From Macrostomum hystrix (taxonomy: Eukaryota; Animalia; Platyhelminthes), in contig CATNEN010000039.1 in NCBI GenBank assembly GCA_950097015.1, positions 1,054,001 through 1,118,000 of the forward strand: a stretch of 64,000 nucleotides of DNA, given 5' to 3'. Position numbers and translations under genes: made by a program. The notes under the pieces were generated by a model. That model was given only the letters and a program-made list of their open reading frames with translations, was not told the origin of the DNA and searched no databases. This document shows positions 40,588-53,902 of this stretch, in pieces. The number at the start of each line of letters is the position of its first letter. Within the stretch, counting starts at the first letter, position 1.

Positions 40588-43500
40588 CTCACCCCAGGTC
40601 CTCACTCTCACCCAAGATCCTCACTCTCACCCAAGATCCTCACTCTCACCCCAGATCCTCAATCTTACCCAAGATCCTCACTCTCACCCCAGATCCTCAA
40701 TCTTACCCAAGATCCTCACTCTCACCCCAGATCCTCACTCTCACCCCAGATCCTCACTCTCACCCAAGATCCTCACTCTCACCCCAGATCCTCAATCTTA
40801 CCCAAGATCCTCACTCTCACCCAAGATCCTCACTCTCACCCCAGATCCTCAATCTTACCCAAGATCCTCACTCTCACCCAAGATCCTCACTCTCACCCCA
40901 GATCCTCAATCTTACCCAAGATCCTCACTCTCACCCAAGATCCTCACTCTCACCCCAGATCCTCAATCTTACCCAAGATCCTCACTCTCACCCAAGATCC
41001 TCACTCTCACCCCAGATCCTCAATCTTACCCAAGATCCTCACTCTCACCCAAGATCCTCACTCTCACCCAAGATCCTCAATCTTACCCAAGATCCTCACT
41101 CTCACCCAAGATCCTCACTCTCACCCCAGATCCTCAATCTTACCCAAGATCCTCACTCTCACCCAAGATCCTCACTCTCACCCCAGATCCTCAATCTTAC
41201 CCAAGATCCTCACTCTCACCCAAGATCCTCACTCTCACCCCAGATCCTCACTCTCACCCAAGATCCTCACTCTCACCCCAGATCCTCAATCTTACCCAAG
41301 ATCCTCACTCTCACCCAAGATCCTCACTCTCACCCCAGATCCTCAATCTTACCCAAGATCCTCACTCTCACCCCAGATCCTCAATCTTACCCAAGATCCT
41401 CACTCTCACCCCAGATCCTCACTCTCACCCCAGATCCTCACTCTCACCCAAGATCCTCACTCTCACCCCAGATCCTCAATCTTACCCAAGATCCTCACTC
41501 TCACCCAAGATCCTCACTCTCACCCCAGATCCTCAATCTTACCCAAGATCCTCACTCTCACCCAAGATCCTCACTCTCACCCCAGATCCTCAATCTTACC
41601 CAAGATCCTCACTCTCACCCAAGATCCCTCACTCTCACCCCAGATCCTCAATCTTACCCAAGATCCTCACTCTCACCCAAGATCCTCACTCTCACCCCAG
41701 ATCCTCAATCTTACCCAAGATCCTCACTCTCACCCAAGATCCTCACTCTCACCCCAGATCCTCAATCTTACCCAAGATCCTCACTCTCACCCAAGATCCT
41801 CACTCTCACCCCAGATCCTCAATCTTACCCAAGATCCTCACTCTCACCCCAGATCCTCAATCTTACCCAAGATCCTCACTCTCACCCAGATCCTCACTCT
41901 CACCCCAGATCCTAACTCTCACCCAAGATCCTCACTCTCACCCCAGATCCTCAATCTTACCCAAGATCCTCACTCTCACCCAAGATCCTCACTCTCACCC
42001 CAGATCCTCAATCTTACCCAAGATCCTCACTCTCACCCAAGATCCTCACTCTCACCCCAGATCCTCAATCTTACCCAAGATCCTCACTCTCACCCAAGAT
42101 CCTCACTCTCACCCCAGATCCTCAATCTTACCCAAGATCCTCACTCTCACCCAAGATCCTCACTCTCACCCCAGATCCTCAATCTTACCCAAGATCCTCA
42201 CTCTCACCCCAGATCCTCAATCTTACCCAAGATCCTCACTCTCACCCCAGATCCTCACTCTCACCCCAGATCCTCACTCTCACCCAAGATCCTCACTCTC
42301 ACCCCAGATCCTCAATCTTACCCAAGATCCTCACTCTCACCCAAGATCCTCACTCTCACCCCAGATCCTCAATCTTACCCAAGATCCTCACTCTCACCCA
42401 AGATCCTCACTCTCACCCCAGATCCTCAATCTTACCCAAGATCCTCACTCTCACCCAAGATCCTCACTCTCACCCCAGATCCTCAATCTTACCCAAGATC
42501 CTCACTCTCACCCAAGATCCTCACTCTTACCCCAGATCCTCACTCTCACCCCAGATCCTCACTCTCACCCAATATCCTCACTCTTACCCCAGATCCTCAC
42601 TCTCACCCCAGATCCTCACTCTTACCCAAGATCCTCACTCTTACCCCAGATCCTCAATCTCACCCCAGATCCTCAATCTCACCCCAGGTCCTCAATCTCA
42701 CCCCAGATCCACAATCTCACCCCAGATCCACAATCTCACCCCAGGTCCTCAATCTCACCCCAGGTCCTCAATCTCACCCCAGGTCCTCAATCTCACCCCA
42801 GGTCCTCAATCTCACCCCAGGTCCTCAATCTCACCCCAGGTCCTAAATCTCACCCCAGATCCACAATCTCACCCCAGATCCTCACTCTCACCCAATATCC
42901 TCACTCTTACCCCAGATCCTCACTCTCACCCCAGATCCTCACTCTTACCCAAGATCCTCACTCTTACCCCAGATCCTCAATCTCACCCCAGATCCTCAAT
43001 CTCACCCCAGGTCCTCAGTCTCACCCCAGATCCACAATCTCACCCCAGATCCACAATCTCACCCCAGGTCCTCAATCTCACCCCAGGTCCTCAATCTCAC
43101 CCCAGGTCCTCAATCTCACCCCAGGTCCTCAATCTCACCCCAGGTCCTCAATCTCACCCCAGGTCCTAAATCTCACCCCAGATCCACAATCTCAGCCCAT
43201 ATCCTCAATCTCACCCCAGATCCACAATCTCACCCCAGGTCCTAAATCTCACCCCAGGTCCTCAATCTCACCCCAGGTCCTCAATCTTACCCCAGGTCCT
43301 CAATCTCACCCCAGGTCCTCAATCTCACCCCAGATCCACAATCTCACCCCATATCCTCAATCTCACCCCAGATCCACAATCTCACCCCATATCCTCAATC
43401 TCACCCCATGTCCTCACTCTCAGCCAAGATCCTCAATCTCACCCCAGATCCACAATCTCACCCCAGATCCACAATCTCACCCCAGATCCTCACTCTCACC

Positions 43501-43968
43501 CCAGATCCTCACTCTCACCCCAGATCCTCAATCTCACTCCAGATCCTCACTCTCACTCCAGATCGTCAATCTAACCCAAGATCCTCACTCTCACTCCAGA
43601 TCCTCAATCAAACCCAAGATCCTCACTCTCACCCCAGATCCTCACTCTCACCCCAGATCCTCAATCTCACTCCAGATCCTCACTCTCACTCCAGATCGTC
43701 AATCTAACCCCAGATCCTCACTCTCACTCCAGATCCTCAATCTAACCCAAGATCCTCACTCTCACTCCAGATCCTCAATCTAACCCAAGATCCTCACTCT
43801 CACTCCAGATCCTCAATCTAACCCAAGATCCTCAATGTCAAACAGATCCTCAATCTCACCCCAGATCCACAATCTCACCCCAGATCCTCAATCTCACCCC
43901 AGATCCACAATCTAACCCAAGATCCTCAATGTCAATCAGATCCTCAATCTTACCCAAGATCCTCACCC
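40588..43968. repeat. 20-bp minisatellite, 3.4 kb, with 60-bp higher-order units and zoned variants
   Basis: Unit GATCCTCA(C/A)TCT(C/T)ACCC(C/A)A. Trimeric pattern to about 42500, GGTCCTC/TCCACA variants 42660-43400, CTCCAG/CTAACC variants after 43530. Confidence 0.98.
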
Positions 43969-44495
43969 TGTCTCTCGCAGAGTGTCTGATTGTTTCGCAT
44001 TCGAACACCAGTCAGACTTATCTTACAGTAAATGTCTACGAATCACGAAATCTCATCGCTTGTTGGACATCTCGCGACGGTCTCAATTTTATTTCGTTCT
44101 GATCATTTATTCGGATGCCGGGAGTTCCAGGCTGTCTGATTGCCAGCTAATCCTAAGCTAGTTTTGTTATCTCCCACAGGAAAGTCTCCCACAGGTTGGC
44201 CTCGATTGACTCCAATTAGTGAAGTGTTTCGGGCTGATTAAAATAAAATAATGGCGCGGCCTGAGTCGTGAAAGACGCATTCAGATAATGAGAAGCGAAA
44301 CACGAAACAAATATCCCCTGGGGAAATGCGACCTGTTTCACTAGGGATTAAATGGAACTGGGATTTGAGACAAAAGCTGTCAATGGGAATTCAATTACCA
44401 CCACGGCAATCGATCGGGGGCCAGCGGCAGTCATTTGGGGTGGCTGCTAACAAAAAATGTGTTTCTAAGTCAATTCCCCACCAAGACCGGCGCGT

Positions 44496-44618
44496 GGGCG
44501 GCACTGGCAGCTCGGCCTGCCTTCTCTGCCATCTATGTCCGTCAGGATGTGGCCAGCCAATCGCATCGCTGCTAGAGTCTCCCACAGACTCTCTGACCCA
44601 GTCAGCGGGGGTTTAAAA
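44496..44618 (+). promoter_or_regulatory. Putative Pol II promoter of the neuropeptide-like gene
   Basis: GC box GGGCGG at 44496, AGCCAATC around 44557 and TATA-like TTTAAAA at 44612, in canonical order about 110 nt upstream of the ATG at 44728. Confidence 0.45.
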
Positions 44619-44727
44619 CCCCGACTGGTCCGCGCTGGCTCCCAGACTCGCTGCATCAGCGCTGCCCCATCAGGTGAACTCAAACTGCCCGCCAGCAATG
44701 CGCAACACATCAGCAGCTGTGAGGAAC

Positions 44728-46848
44728 ATGAGCTCAGCCGCCTCGGCTGCCGCAGGACTGGCCTGCCTGGCTTTGCTGCTGCTCAGTGGTGTCTGCACCG
44801 CCTACCCTCGGCTCAGCGGTGAGTGCCCACCTGCTGCCGACCTCGCATGACCCCGGCTCCCCTCAGCGGGCGGGGGGAAGAAATCTGAATCTGGGAAGAA
44901 AGCCAGATTCAGAGGCCAATTTCCGACTCCAGCCTGACAGACAGACTCACCGATTGCTGAGTCTGAGACTGGGTTGATGAGTCTGGGTTGATGAGGCTGC
45001 CTTAAGCGGCTCATCGCTAATCTCTTCATCCACCATTAACTCCCAGCAAATTCAGCCATTTTTTTCACTGCCTTTTAATGCGCAGTTTTTTGCTTTCAAT
45101 TTTCCTCTAATCTCGAGCCCAGACTTTTAGATTCACCGCTTTGATCATTCGATTTAATGTGCCTTCAGAAATAGCTGCCAACCATGAAGAACTGTTTTGT
45201 TCTCGCAGACAGCAGGCGGGGCCGTAGCGCCAGTTGCTAATACCCAGACTCAACACTTCCGGCCCGACCTGCATCTGCGAAGCCACTTTTTTATCCCTCC
45301 CGGGAACAAAGCCGGCCCATTGCCGGCCCACGGAGGAGAAATCTCTGAGTCCACGGCTTCCGTATTCCCCCGCTGAGCTGTCCGTGTTCCTGCTGCCTAT
45401 TAGAAAAGTGCAAAAGACTTGGAACTTAGTAGACTATTATAGAAAACTCGAAAGCTACTCACTTGAGCACTTGGGGATACAAATTAGATTAGCTGCTGCC
45501 GCTGTGTCTGCTTCACAGAGGGGCTTTTTGAAGAAGAAGGCTTTGCTGCTCTCTAAAGTTTAATTTCCAAGAATTGTTCTGTTGCCATGGAGAAGCTGGC
45601 CCTGCTCGCCAGCGACTCTCCCAAGCAGCATGTTGTCTATTGATTAAAAAGTTTGCGTAGTTATGTAAAAACTGCACGTCTTCATACTCACGACTGCCAG
45701 ACAAACTCCAGACAGCCCCTTGCTCTGTTAGCGACTCTCCTGGTGAGACTGACGACCTTCTTCCAAATCAGTCCAGAGCACTAATACTTCAAGTATTTCG
45801 CACAGCTTTTATTTACTTACGATGCGCTTCCTTCCAAATACTCTTCCTGACATCCACTCGACATCCTCCTGACATCCACTCGACATCCTCCTGACATCCA
45901 CTTGACATCCTCCTGACATCCACTCGACATCCTCCTGACATCCACTTGACATCCTCCTGACATCCACTTGACATCCTCCTGACATCCACTTGACATCCTC
46001 CTGACATCCACTTCACATCCTCCTGACATCCACTTGACATCCTCCTGACATCCACCATCCACTTGACATCCTCCTGACATCCACTCGACATCCTCCTGAC
46101 ATCCACTTGACATCCTCCTGACATCCACTTGACATCCTCCTGACATCCACTTGACATCCTCCTGACATCCACTTCACATCCTCCTGACATCCACTTGACA
46201 TCCTCCTGACATCCACCATCCACTTGACATCCTCCTGACATCCACTCGACATCCTCCTGACATCCACTCGACATCCTCCTGACATCCACTTGACATCCTC
46301 CTGACATCCACTTGACATCCTCCTGACATCCACTTGACATCCTCCTGACATCCACTTGACATCCTCCTGACATCCACTTGACATCCTCCTGACATCCACC
46401 ATCCACTTGACATCCTCCTGACATCCACTCGACATCCTCCTGACATTTACTTGAGATCCTCCTGACATCCACTTGACATCCTCCTGACATCCACTCGACA
46501 TCCTCCTGACATCCACTTGACATCCTCTTGACATCCACTTGACATCCTGCTGACATCCACTCGATATCCTCCTGACATCCCACTCGACATCCTCTTAACA
46601 TAGGTCACGACGTGCCGGCCAGCCTCGAGGCGGTGATATTCGAGCGCAGGGCTGCTCCGGACACGGACTGGACGTCACATTTCCGTCGTCTGCTCACCCA
46701 GCTTCGAAAACTCGATGATGAATCCGAGGCTGAAAGGAAAGTAAAAGACTTAAAGGACATCAAGGACTCGAATTCGCCAGTGTCAGCCGAAATCATTCGC
46801 CTGCGTAAACGCTGTCGGATTGGTCGCACCGCCTGCATGCTGGGCTGA
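44728..46848 (+). CDS. Secreted neuropeptide-precursor-like protein, 111 aa; exons 44728-44818 and 46604-46848
   Basis: Exon 1 encodes signal peptide MSSAASAAAGLACLALLLLSGVCTA-YPRLS with consensus donor G|gtgagt. The phase-1 acceptor aacatag|GT joins in frame to HDVPASLEAVIFERRAAPDTDWTSHFRRLL...IIRLRKRCRIGRTACMLG*. ATTAAA at 46891. Confidence 0.8.
45845..46594. repeat. 22-bp minisatellite (two related TGACATCC halves) in the neuropeptide gene intron
   Basis: Unit CTCCTGACATCCACT(T/C)GACATC; ends about 10 nt before the acceptor. Confidence 0.96.
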
Positions 46849-47486
46849 GCAAATTGAGCTGAAACCCATGAGACTCATTTTTTTGTACTAATTAAAATCC
46901 TGAATTTAAGATGTTGCCCTTATGCAGAATACAAAGATTACTAAAGAATTGTTGACTTATTCTGGTTGTCGAGTCAGGTGATAAACCTGATTAGCCAGAT
47001 AGATGGTTCTAGTCAATATCTACTGGGAATATTAGCAGGGGGTCTCTGTGCAAACAGAGCCAGCCAGGTAACCAATCTGTCATGTGTGTCCAGCTGTCAG
47101 TACCAGCCGTTTCTCTCTTGCCCCACAGCTCCTTTCATGTCACTCTTCAGTCTAAATTGTTTCAGCAATTGCGTCTGGAAACACAAAAACGCGTATGTTT
47201 GACAACGCGGCCGAGAACAACATTACGAGCCTCACTTAGTCTCGAGCCTCAGTGTTGCACCATTGATCAAATAAAAACGGTCACTTCAAAGCAACAAATC
47301 AAGTGTTTTGTTTGAATTCAAGTGATTTCCGGGTTTTGTACTTCTGAGCTATCAAGTTAGTGCAGACACGGCACAAGAATGTGACGGATGTACCCTGCAA
47401 GCTGGAATGGTTGAGACAACTTGGTTGCCGTCAGTCTGTAATAGTTTTGTTCTGATGCACTTTGCATAATTCTGCCAAATTGATGA

Positions 47487-47788
47487 CAATGGCCACTCTA
47501 ATAGCAGCCGAAACTGCATGTGATGCATACCAAATATGTTACTGAGCAATGGCCACTCTAATAGCAGCCGAAACTGCATGTGATGCATACCAAATATGTT
47601 ACTGAGCAATGGCCACTCTAATAGCAGCCGAAACTGCATGTGATGCATACCAAATATGTTACTGAGCAATGGCCACTCTAATAGCAGCCGAAACTGCATG
47701 TGATGCATACCAAATATGTTACTGAGCAATGGCCACTCTAATAGCAGCCGAAACTGCATGTGATGCATACCAAATATGTTACTGAGCA
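47487..47788. repeat. 60-bp tandem repeat, 5 identical copies
   Basis: Unit CAATGGCCACTCTAATAGCAGCCGAAACTGCATGTGATGCATACCAAATATGTTACTGAG. Confidence 0.97.
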
Positions 47789-48205
47789 TCCAAAGGCTAC
47801 ATTTTTGACATGCTATGCATACAAAGAATTTCTTCCTCCTGCATACTAATGAGGCGCTATTATTACCTATCCCATCCTATGGTGATCCCACCGCTGCCAC
47901 CTCCTATTGTTGTTCGGTTTGCAATGCTTTGTGCCATGATTCGTCAGACTATTAAGTGGCTATTACTCAGGGAGTTATTCTGCACAACTACTGGTGGTGG
48001 CAGCGGCGGGATCAGCAGGGCAGATTGGAAGTCGGTGCACAGCGCCGATATAAATATGCGTAAACAATAAATTATTAATCTTCGGCACCGCAGCCTTACC
48101 GCAACAAGCATACTTAGAATGTGATTGTGGTCGACATTTCAAAGCCTACCGACGAAAGACGGCTAGCGCACTCTATGAGAACAATAAACTATTTTTCTGA
48201 GAGCT

Positions 48206-48551
48206 CTGAACCCTTGATTGTCCTAAGAAATTAGCCAAGAACCGGTTAGACCTGCTACGTCACGAGACCAGACTGAACCCTTGATTGTCCTTAGAAATTA
48301 GGCAAGAACCGGTTAGACCTGCTACGTCACGAGACCAGACTGAACCCTTGATTGTCCTTAGAAATTAGCCAAGAACCGGTTAGACCTGCTACGTCACGAG
48401 ACCAGACTGAACCCTTGATTGTCCTTAGAAATTAGCCAAGAACCGGTTAGACCTGCTACGTCACGAGACCAGACTGAACCCTTGATTGTCCTTAGAAATT
48501 AGCCAAGAACCGGTTAGACCTGCTACGTCACGAGACCAGACTGGACCCTTG
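48206..48551. repeat. 67-bp tandem repeat, about 5 copies
   Basis: Unit CTGAACCCTTGATTGTCCTTAGAAATTAGCCAAGAACCGGTTAGACCTGCTACGTCACGAGACCAGA. Confidence 0.96.
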
Positions 48552-48835
48552 GACAAATCCACGCAGTGATTCATAATCCAAGCAAATCAATGACAGCTCA
48601 AATTCAAGTCAATTAACTGATTAAGGCATGCGTGCTGCAGCTACGAACATTCATCAGTCACTGCCTGCCGGATTCTACAAACTCTTGCGTGTCAGTCTGG
48701 GCTGCCTTTGGTTACTTGGTCATGCGAATCTAGCATTAGTCAGTGGCTTTACCGCTAATCATAGCGTGTACAAGCTCTGTTCACTAAATGACCAATAAGT
48801 TGACGATGGATACAAGTGGTGTTACAGTGGGTGAG

Positions 48836-49551
48836 AAAGGACAGTAGAGGGCGGAGAAGGGCAGTAGAGGGCGGAGAAGGACAGTAGAGGGTGCAGGACA
48901 GTAGAGGGTGTTGAAGGACAGTAGAGGGTGTTGAAGGACAGTAGAGGGTGCAGAAGGACAGTAGATGGTGCAGAAGGACAGTAGAGGGTGCAGGACAGTA
49001 GATGGTGCAGAAGGACAGTAGAGGGTGCAGGACAGTAGAGGGTGCAGAAGGACAGTAGAGGGCGGAGAAGGACAGTAGAGGGTGCAGAAGGACAGTAGAT
49101 GGTGCAGAAGGACAGTAGAGGGTGCAGAAGGACAGTAGAGGGTGCAGAAGGACAGTAGATGGTGCAGAAGGACAGTAGAGGGTGCAGGACAGTAGATGGT
49201 GCAGAAGGACAGTAGAGGGTGCAGGACAGTAGAGGGTGCAGAAGGACAGTAGAGGGCGGAGAAGGACAGTAGAGGGCGGAGAAGGACAGTAGAGGGTGGA
49301 GAAGGACAGTAGAGGGCGGAGAAGGACAGTAGAGGGCGGAGAAGGACAGTAGAGGGCGGAGAAGGACAGTAGAGGGCGGAGAAGGACAGTAGAGGGCGGA
49401 GAAGGACAGTAGAGGGCGGAGAAGGACAGTAGAGGGCGGAGAAGGACAGTAGAGGGCGGAGAAGGACAGTAGAGGGCGGAGAAGGACAGTAGAGGGCGGA
49501 GAAGGACAGTAGAGGGCGGAGAAGGAGAGTAGAGGGTGCAGAAGGACAGTA
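48836..49551. repeat. 20-bp (and 17-bp variant) purine-rich minisatellite
   Basis: Unit GAAGGACAGTAGAGGG(CG/TG)(G/C)A. Confidence 0.96.
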
Positions 49552-49945
49552 TTCGAACATGAAAAGGTGAGACTGGGGGCAAAAAGGAAGAAAAAAACAA
49601 GAAGCAGACACGAAGAAGACTTCAAATTTGACAGGATTTGGCAGGCAGGTGCAAGTCGGGCTCTCCAAAGCTGTTTTGAGAAATCTGAATCATTTTTTAA
49701 GCTCTTTTAAACGTTCCCAATTAAAACTGAATGCCACCGGGCACTCGGACTGGCGATCGAATGGGCCACCCACGACACAAATGGGGCAATTCTCTTCAAG
49801 CAGCAGCTGGCTGATGGCGGCTGATGTCACATCGCGTGCAGCCGGCTGTGAAATCAATTTACCTTTCCATCTATCAGTCTTATCATATTCTCTGTGACAA
49901 TCGGCGAACTAGAGAATAGACTGGACATTGCTGCAGGATTTTCAG

Positions 49946-50160
<215 letters not shown>

Positions 50161-50366
50161 GATCAAATGGCCATCTGCAGAAGCCGAGGCTTGGGGCAGC
50201 GCATGCAGATATTGGCATCAGTTTTCACGATCCTTTATCGAGTAGGACCTGCTGCGCTCCTCAGCTGCTTGAACACTTTATTAATGTACTTTAGCGGATA
50301 ACATTAGCTGGCTGAACTGTCATGTCATGCCTCATATTTCGCAATCTATTCAGGGTGGGTACGAAA

Positions 50367-50656
50367 TTGGGATAGGACATTGGGATAGGAGATTGGGATG
50401 GTACATTGGGATAAGACATTAGGATGGGACAATGGGATTGACTTTGGGATAGGTCATTGGGGATAGGACATTGGGATAGGATATTGGGACAGGACTTTAA
50501 GTTTCAGGGTTGGGATATTGAGTTTAGGGTTGGGATATTGAGTTCAGGGTTGGGATATTGAGTTCAGGGTTGGGATATTGAGTTCAGGGCTGGGATATTG
50601 AGTTCAGGGTTGGAATATTGAGTTCAGGGCTGGGATATTGAGTTCAGGGTTGGGAT
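50367..50656. repeat. Degenerate TTGGGATAGGACA repeats followed by a 20-bp repeat TTCAGGGTTGGGATATTGAG
   Basis: Directly visible; the 20-mer has about 7.5 copies from 50503. Confidence 0.85.
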
Positions 50657-51387
50657 TCAAATGGTGAATGTTCGCGATAAATAGATCATTCTATCAGATC
50701 AGGCTGGGGAGCATCGTGAAGTAGGCAGGGATACCTGAAATACCCCAATGGGAAATAACGTGCTCTCTGCACTGCTCACCATTGCTGAGTAGGCAGTTGC
50801 GATTTTGTGTAAAAGCGGCAGCCACACAGAAATGCAAATCCGTGCTCATGTTGGCTGTCTGAGCAGTTGAATGTCAGTGGAAGCCTATCCCTGCTTCACC
50901 CCACTGCTCTATCCTGTTATCCCCAACCGCCCTTCCCTAATCCGGACGTGAGGGTGGGTTTATTTTAGCCAACAAAAATTCAGCTGAATTCAACACCCTG
51001 CCGAGGCCTTGGCTCTCAAATTGTTTTAATTTGCTACCGTGGCCCAGTGTTGCCTTGTTGACATTGCCCACAGTGAGGTGAACCTGCTGTACTCAACTCA
51101 GCTATTCTGCGGCCTTCTGCTGTACGAACTAATCTGTTTGCGTTTGTCCTGATTTCCTCTACCTTTCCCCTCACTCAAGTTACCCTTACCACTAGCTACC
51201 TGTGTGCGAATTACACTATCTGCTTGTCTACTTGTCTACCTATCTACCTATCTATCTAGTTACTTATCAAACAAGCTACCTATGTAGCTATCTATCTAGT
51301 TACTTATCAAACAATCTACCTATGTAGCTATCTATTTATCTAACAATCCATCCATCCATCTATCTGTCTATCCTCTATTTATCACTC

Positions 51388-52748
51388 TTACTTACCTACT
51401 TATCCACCTTAACTACTTATCCACCTTATCCACTTATCCACCTTACCTACTTATCCACCTTACCTACTTATCCCCCATATCCACTTATCCACCTTACCTA
51501 CTTATCCACCTTACCTACTTATCCACCATATCCACTTATCCACCTTATCTACTTATCCACCTTACCTACTTATCCACCTTACCTACTTATCCACCTTATC
51601 CACTTATCCACCTTATCCACTTATCCACCTTACCGACTTATCCAACTTATCTACTTATCCACCTTACCTACTTATCCACCTTATCCACTTATCCACGTTA
51701 TCTACTTATCCACCTTACCTACTTATCCACCTTACTTACTTATCCACCTTACTTACTTATCCACCTTACCTACTTATCCACCTTATCCACTTATCCACGT
51801 TATCTACTTATCCACCTTACCGACTTATCCAACTTATCTACTTATCCACCTTACCTACTTATCCACCTTACCTACTTATCCACCTTATCCACTTATCGAC
51901 GTTATCTACTTATCCACCTTACCGACTTATCTAACTTATCTACTTATCCACCTTACCTACTTATCCACCTTATCCACTTATCCACGTTATCTACTTATCC
52001 ACCTTACCTACTTATCCACCTTATCCACTTATCCACGTTATCTACTTATCCACCTTACCGACTTATCCAACTTATCTACTTATCCACCTTACTTACTTAT
52101 CCACCTTACCTACTTATCCACCTTATCCACTTATCGACGTTATCTACTTATCCACCTTACCTACTTATCCACCATATCCACTTATCCACCTTATCCACTT
52201 ATCCACCTTACCGACTTATCCAACTTATCTACTTATCCACCTTACCTACTTATCCACCTTATCCACTTATCCACCTTATCCACTTATCCACCTTACCGAC
52301 TTATCCAACTTATCTACTTATCCACCTTACCCACTTATCCACCTTATCAACTTATCCACCTTACCTACTTATCCACCTTATCTACTTATCCACCTTATCC
52401 ACTTATCCACCTTATCCACTTATCCACCTTACCGACTTATCCAACTTATCTACTTATCCACCTTACCTACTTATCCACCTTATCCACTTATCGACGTTAT
52501 CTACTTATCCACCTTACCGACTTATCTAACTTATCTACTTATCCACCTTACCTACTTATCCACCTTATCCACTTATCCACGTTATCTACTTATCCACCTT
52601 ACCTACTTATCCACCTTATCTACTTATCCACCTTACCTACTTATCCACCTTACCTACTTATCCACCTTATCCACTTATCCACCTTACCTACTTATCCACC
52701 TTATCTACTTATCCACCTTATCTACTTATCCACCTTATCTACTTATCC
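51388..52748. repeat. 17-bp minisatellite (ACTTATCCACCTTA(CCT/TCC/TCT))
   Basis: Directly visible, preceded by a CTAT/CCAT low-complexity stretch at 51230-51370. Confidence 0.95.
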
Positions 52749-53902
52749 TCCTGTCCAAGTGTCCCTCTGTCCCAATTGCCGCTTATCTCCCCCTCCTTTA
52801 ACTATTACGAATGATCAGATAGATTTATTGCACAAGTGAGTCACTCCTATGCGCAATCCGCACTAGCTTCTAATTCTAGATTTAAACATGAAGATTACGA
52901 AACATTTTTCTCGGAAAATATTCCTATGGACCTACGGCTATTCTGCTAACCTTAGGCTAATTTAGTCATGCTAATGAACTATTATAACACACGCACAGGA
53001 AATCTGGAGCCAAAGCTTAATTAAATCAGTGCAGAGCTGGCCGACTGTCGGTGAATTTGTAACAATTGTGGGGACTTTCGAATGTGAGCCGGCTTGGCGT
53101 TGAAGCAGATTCTGAGCAAAACTGACTCAAGCTGAGTTTGAGCAAATTCAAAAGCTCAAAAATGAGTAGATGCGGAAACTGCAGTAGATAAGAAAGTCAG
53201 GAAGAGATGAGAGACTCGGCTGAGACGCTAATTCGAGGCAATGCAGTCGGGCCGATCGTGAGCTGTGGACGCGGCTCGGTGGCGCCCAGCTGTCCGCTCT
53301 ACTCAGGCCGTTCTCACACTCTGAGCTGTGCTCAAATTCTGTAACAAGGCGCAGTCGAGCACACAATCAACTGTGAGGGAGTGGCCAATGCCAATGAAAT
53401 ATTTTACTGCACATCCAGTTTGATTAGTCAGTTCATGACAATAAACAGTAATTGTTATGCATTGCTCACGCTGTGAATACACGGTTTGTGTTTGTTGCCC
53501 CAGGTTGCCAGGGCGACGGAGAGATGAGCGCACTCTAAATTGCACAGACTCACGCACCAACGGTCGGGAGAGGCAGAGAGAGTGAGGAGTGGGGTGGGTG
53601 GGTGGGGTTCTACCTGGCAGGCTATGCGCCTGGCAGGTCATAGCTTAGGTCTTATTGGCCTCAAGTCTGATGAGCGGCCGCCCACCTCTGCTCAAGGCCG
53701 CCCTCACCTCCGCTGCCTACTCTGTCCCCCGTGAGCCCCGTGAGTACAGTGCCAGTACTCAGCGTGTTGAGCCTCGGCTACTCAGAGCTGAGATTTTAAA
53801 AAGGGGGGAAATCTGCGCTTCGCCTACAGCCGAGACTGGAGCAGCTGCTCAACCTGAACTGCTTGACAGAGCCGAACACAACTGCAGTGCGACTCAGCTA
53901 GC

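Noticed and set aside
46605-46838. Minus-strand 77-aa ORF
   Set aside because: Antisense shadow of the + strand precursor exon, which has splice, signal-peptide and polyA support.
46813-46845. Calcitonin orthologue (ends CMLG like human calcitonin residues 7-10)
   Set aside because: Ring size differs (C-X6-C) and the peptide stops there, lacking the long helix and C-terminal Pro-amide; treated as coincidence.
47487-48551. CRISPR array (60-67 bp periodicity)
   Set aside because: Whole units are identical; there is no repeat-spacer alternation.
50500-50656. Telomeric repeat remnant
   Set aside because: Only one TTAGGG within a 20-bp unit array; no (TTAGGG)n run.
51388-52748. DnaA-box-like TTATCCAC cluster (replication origin)
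   Set aside because: The ninth base does not give TTATCCACA, the sequence is a simple 17-bp minisatellite and the DNA is eukaryotic.
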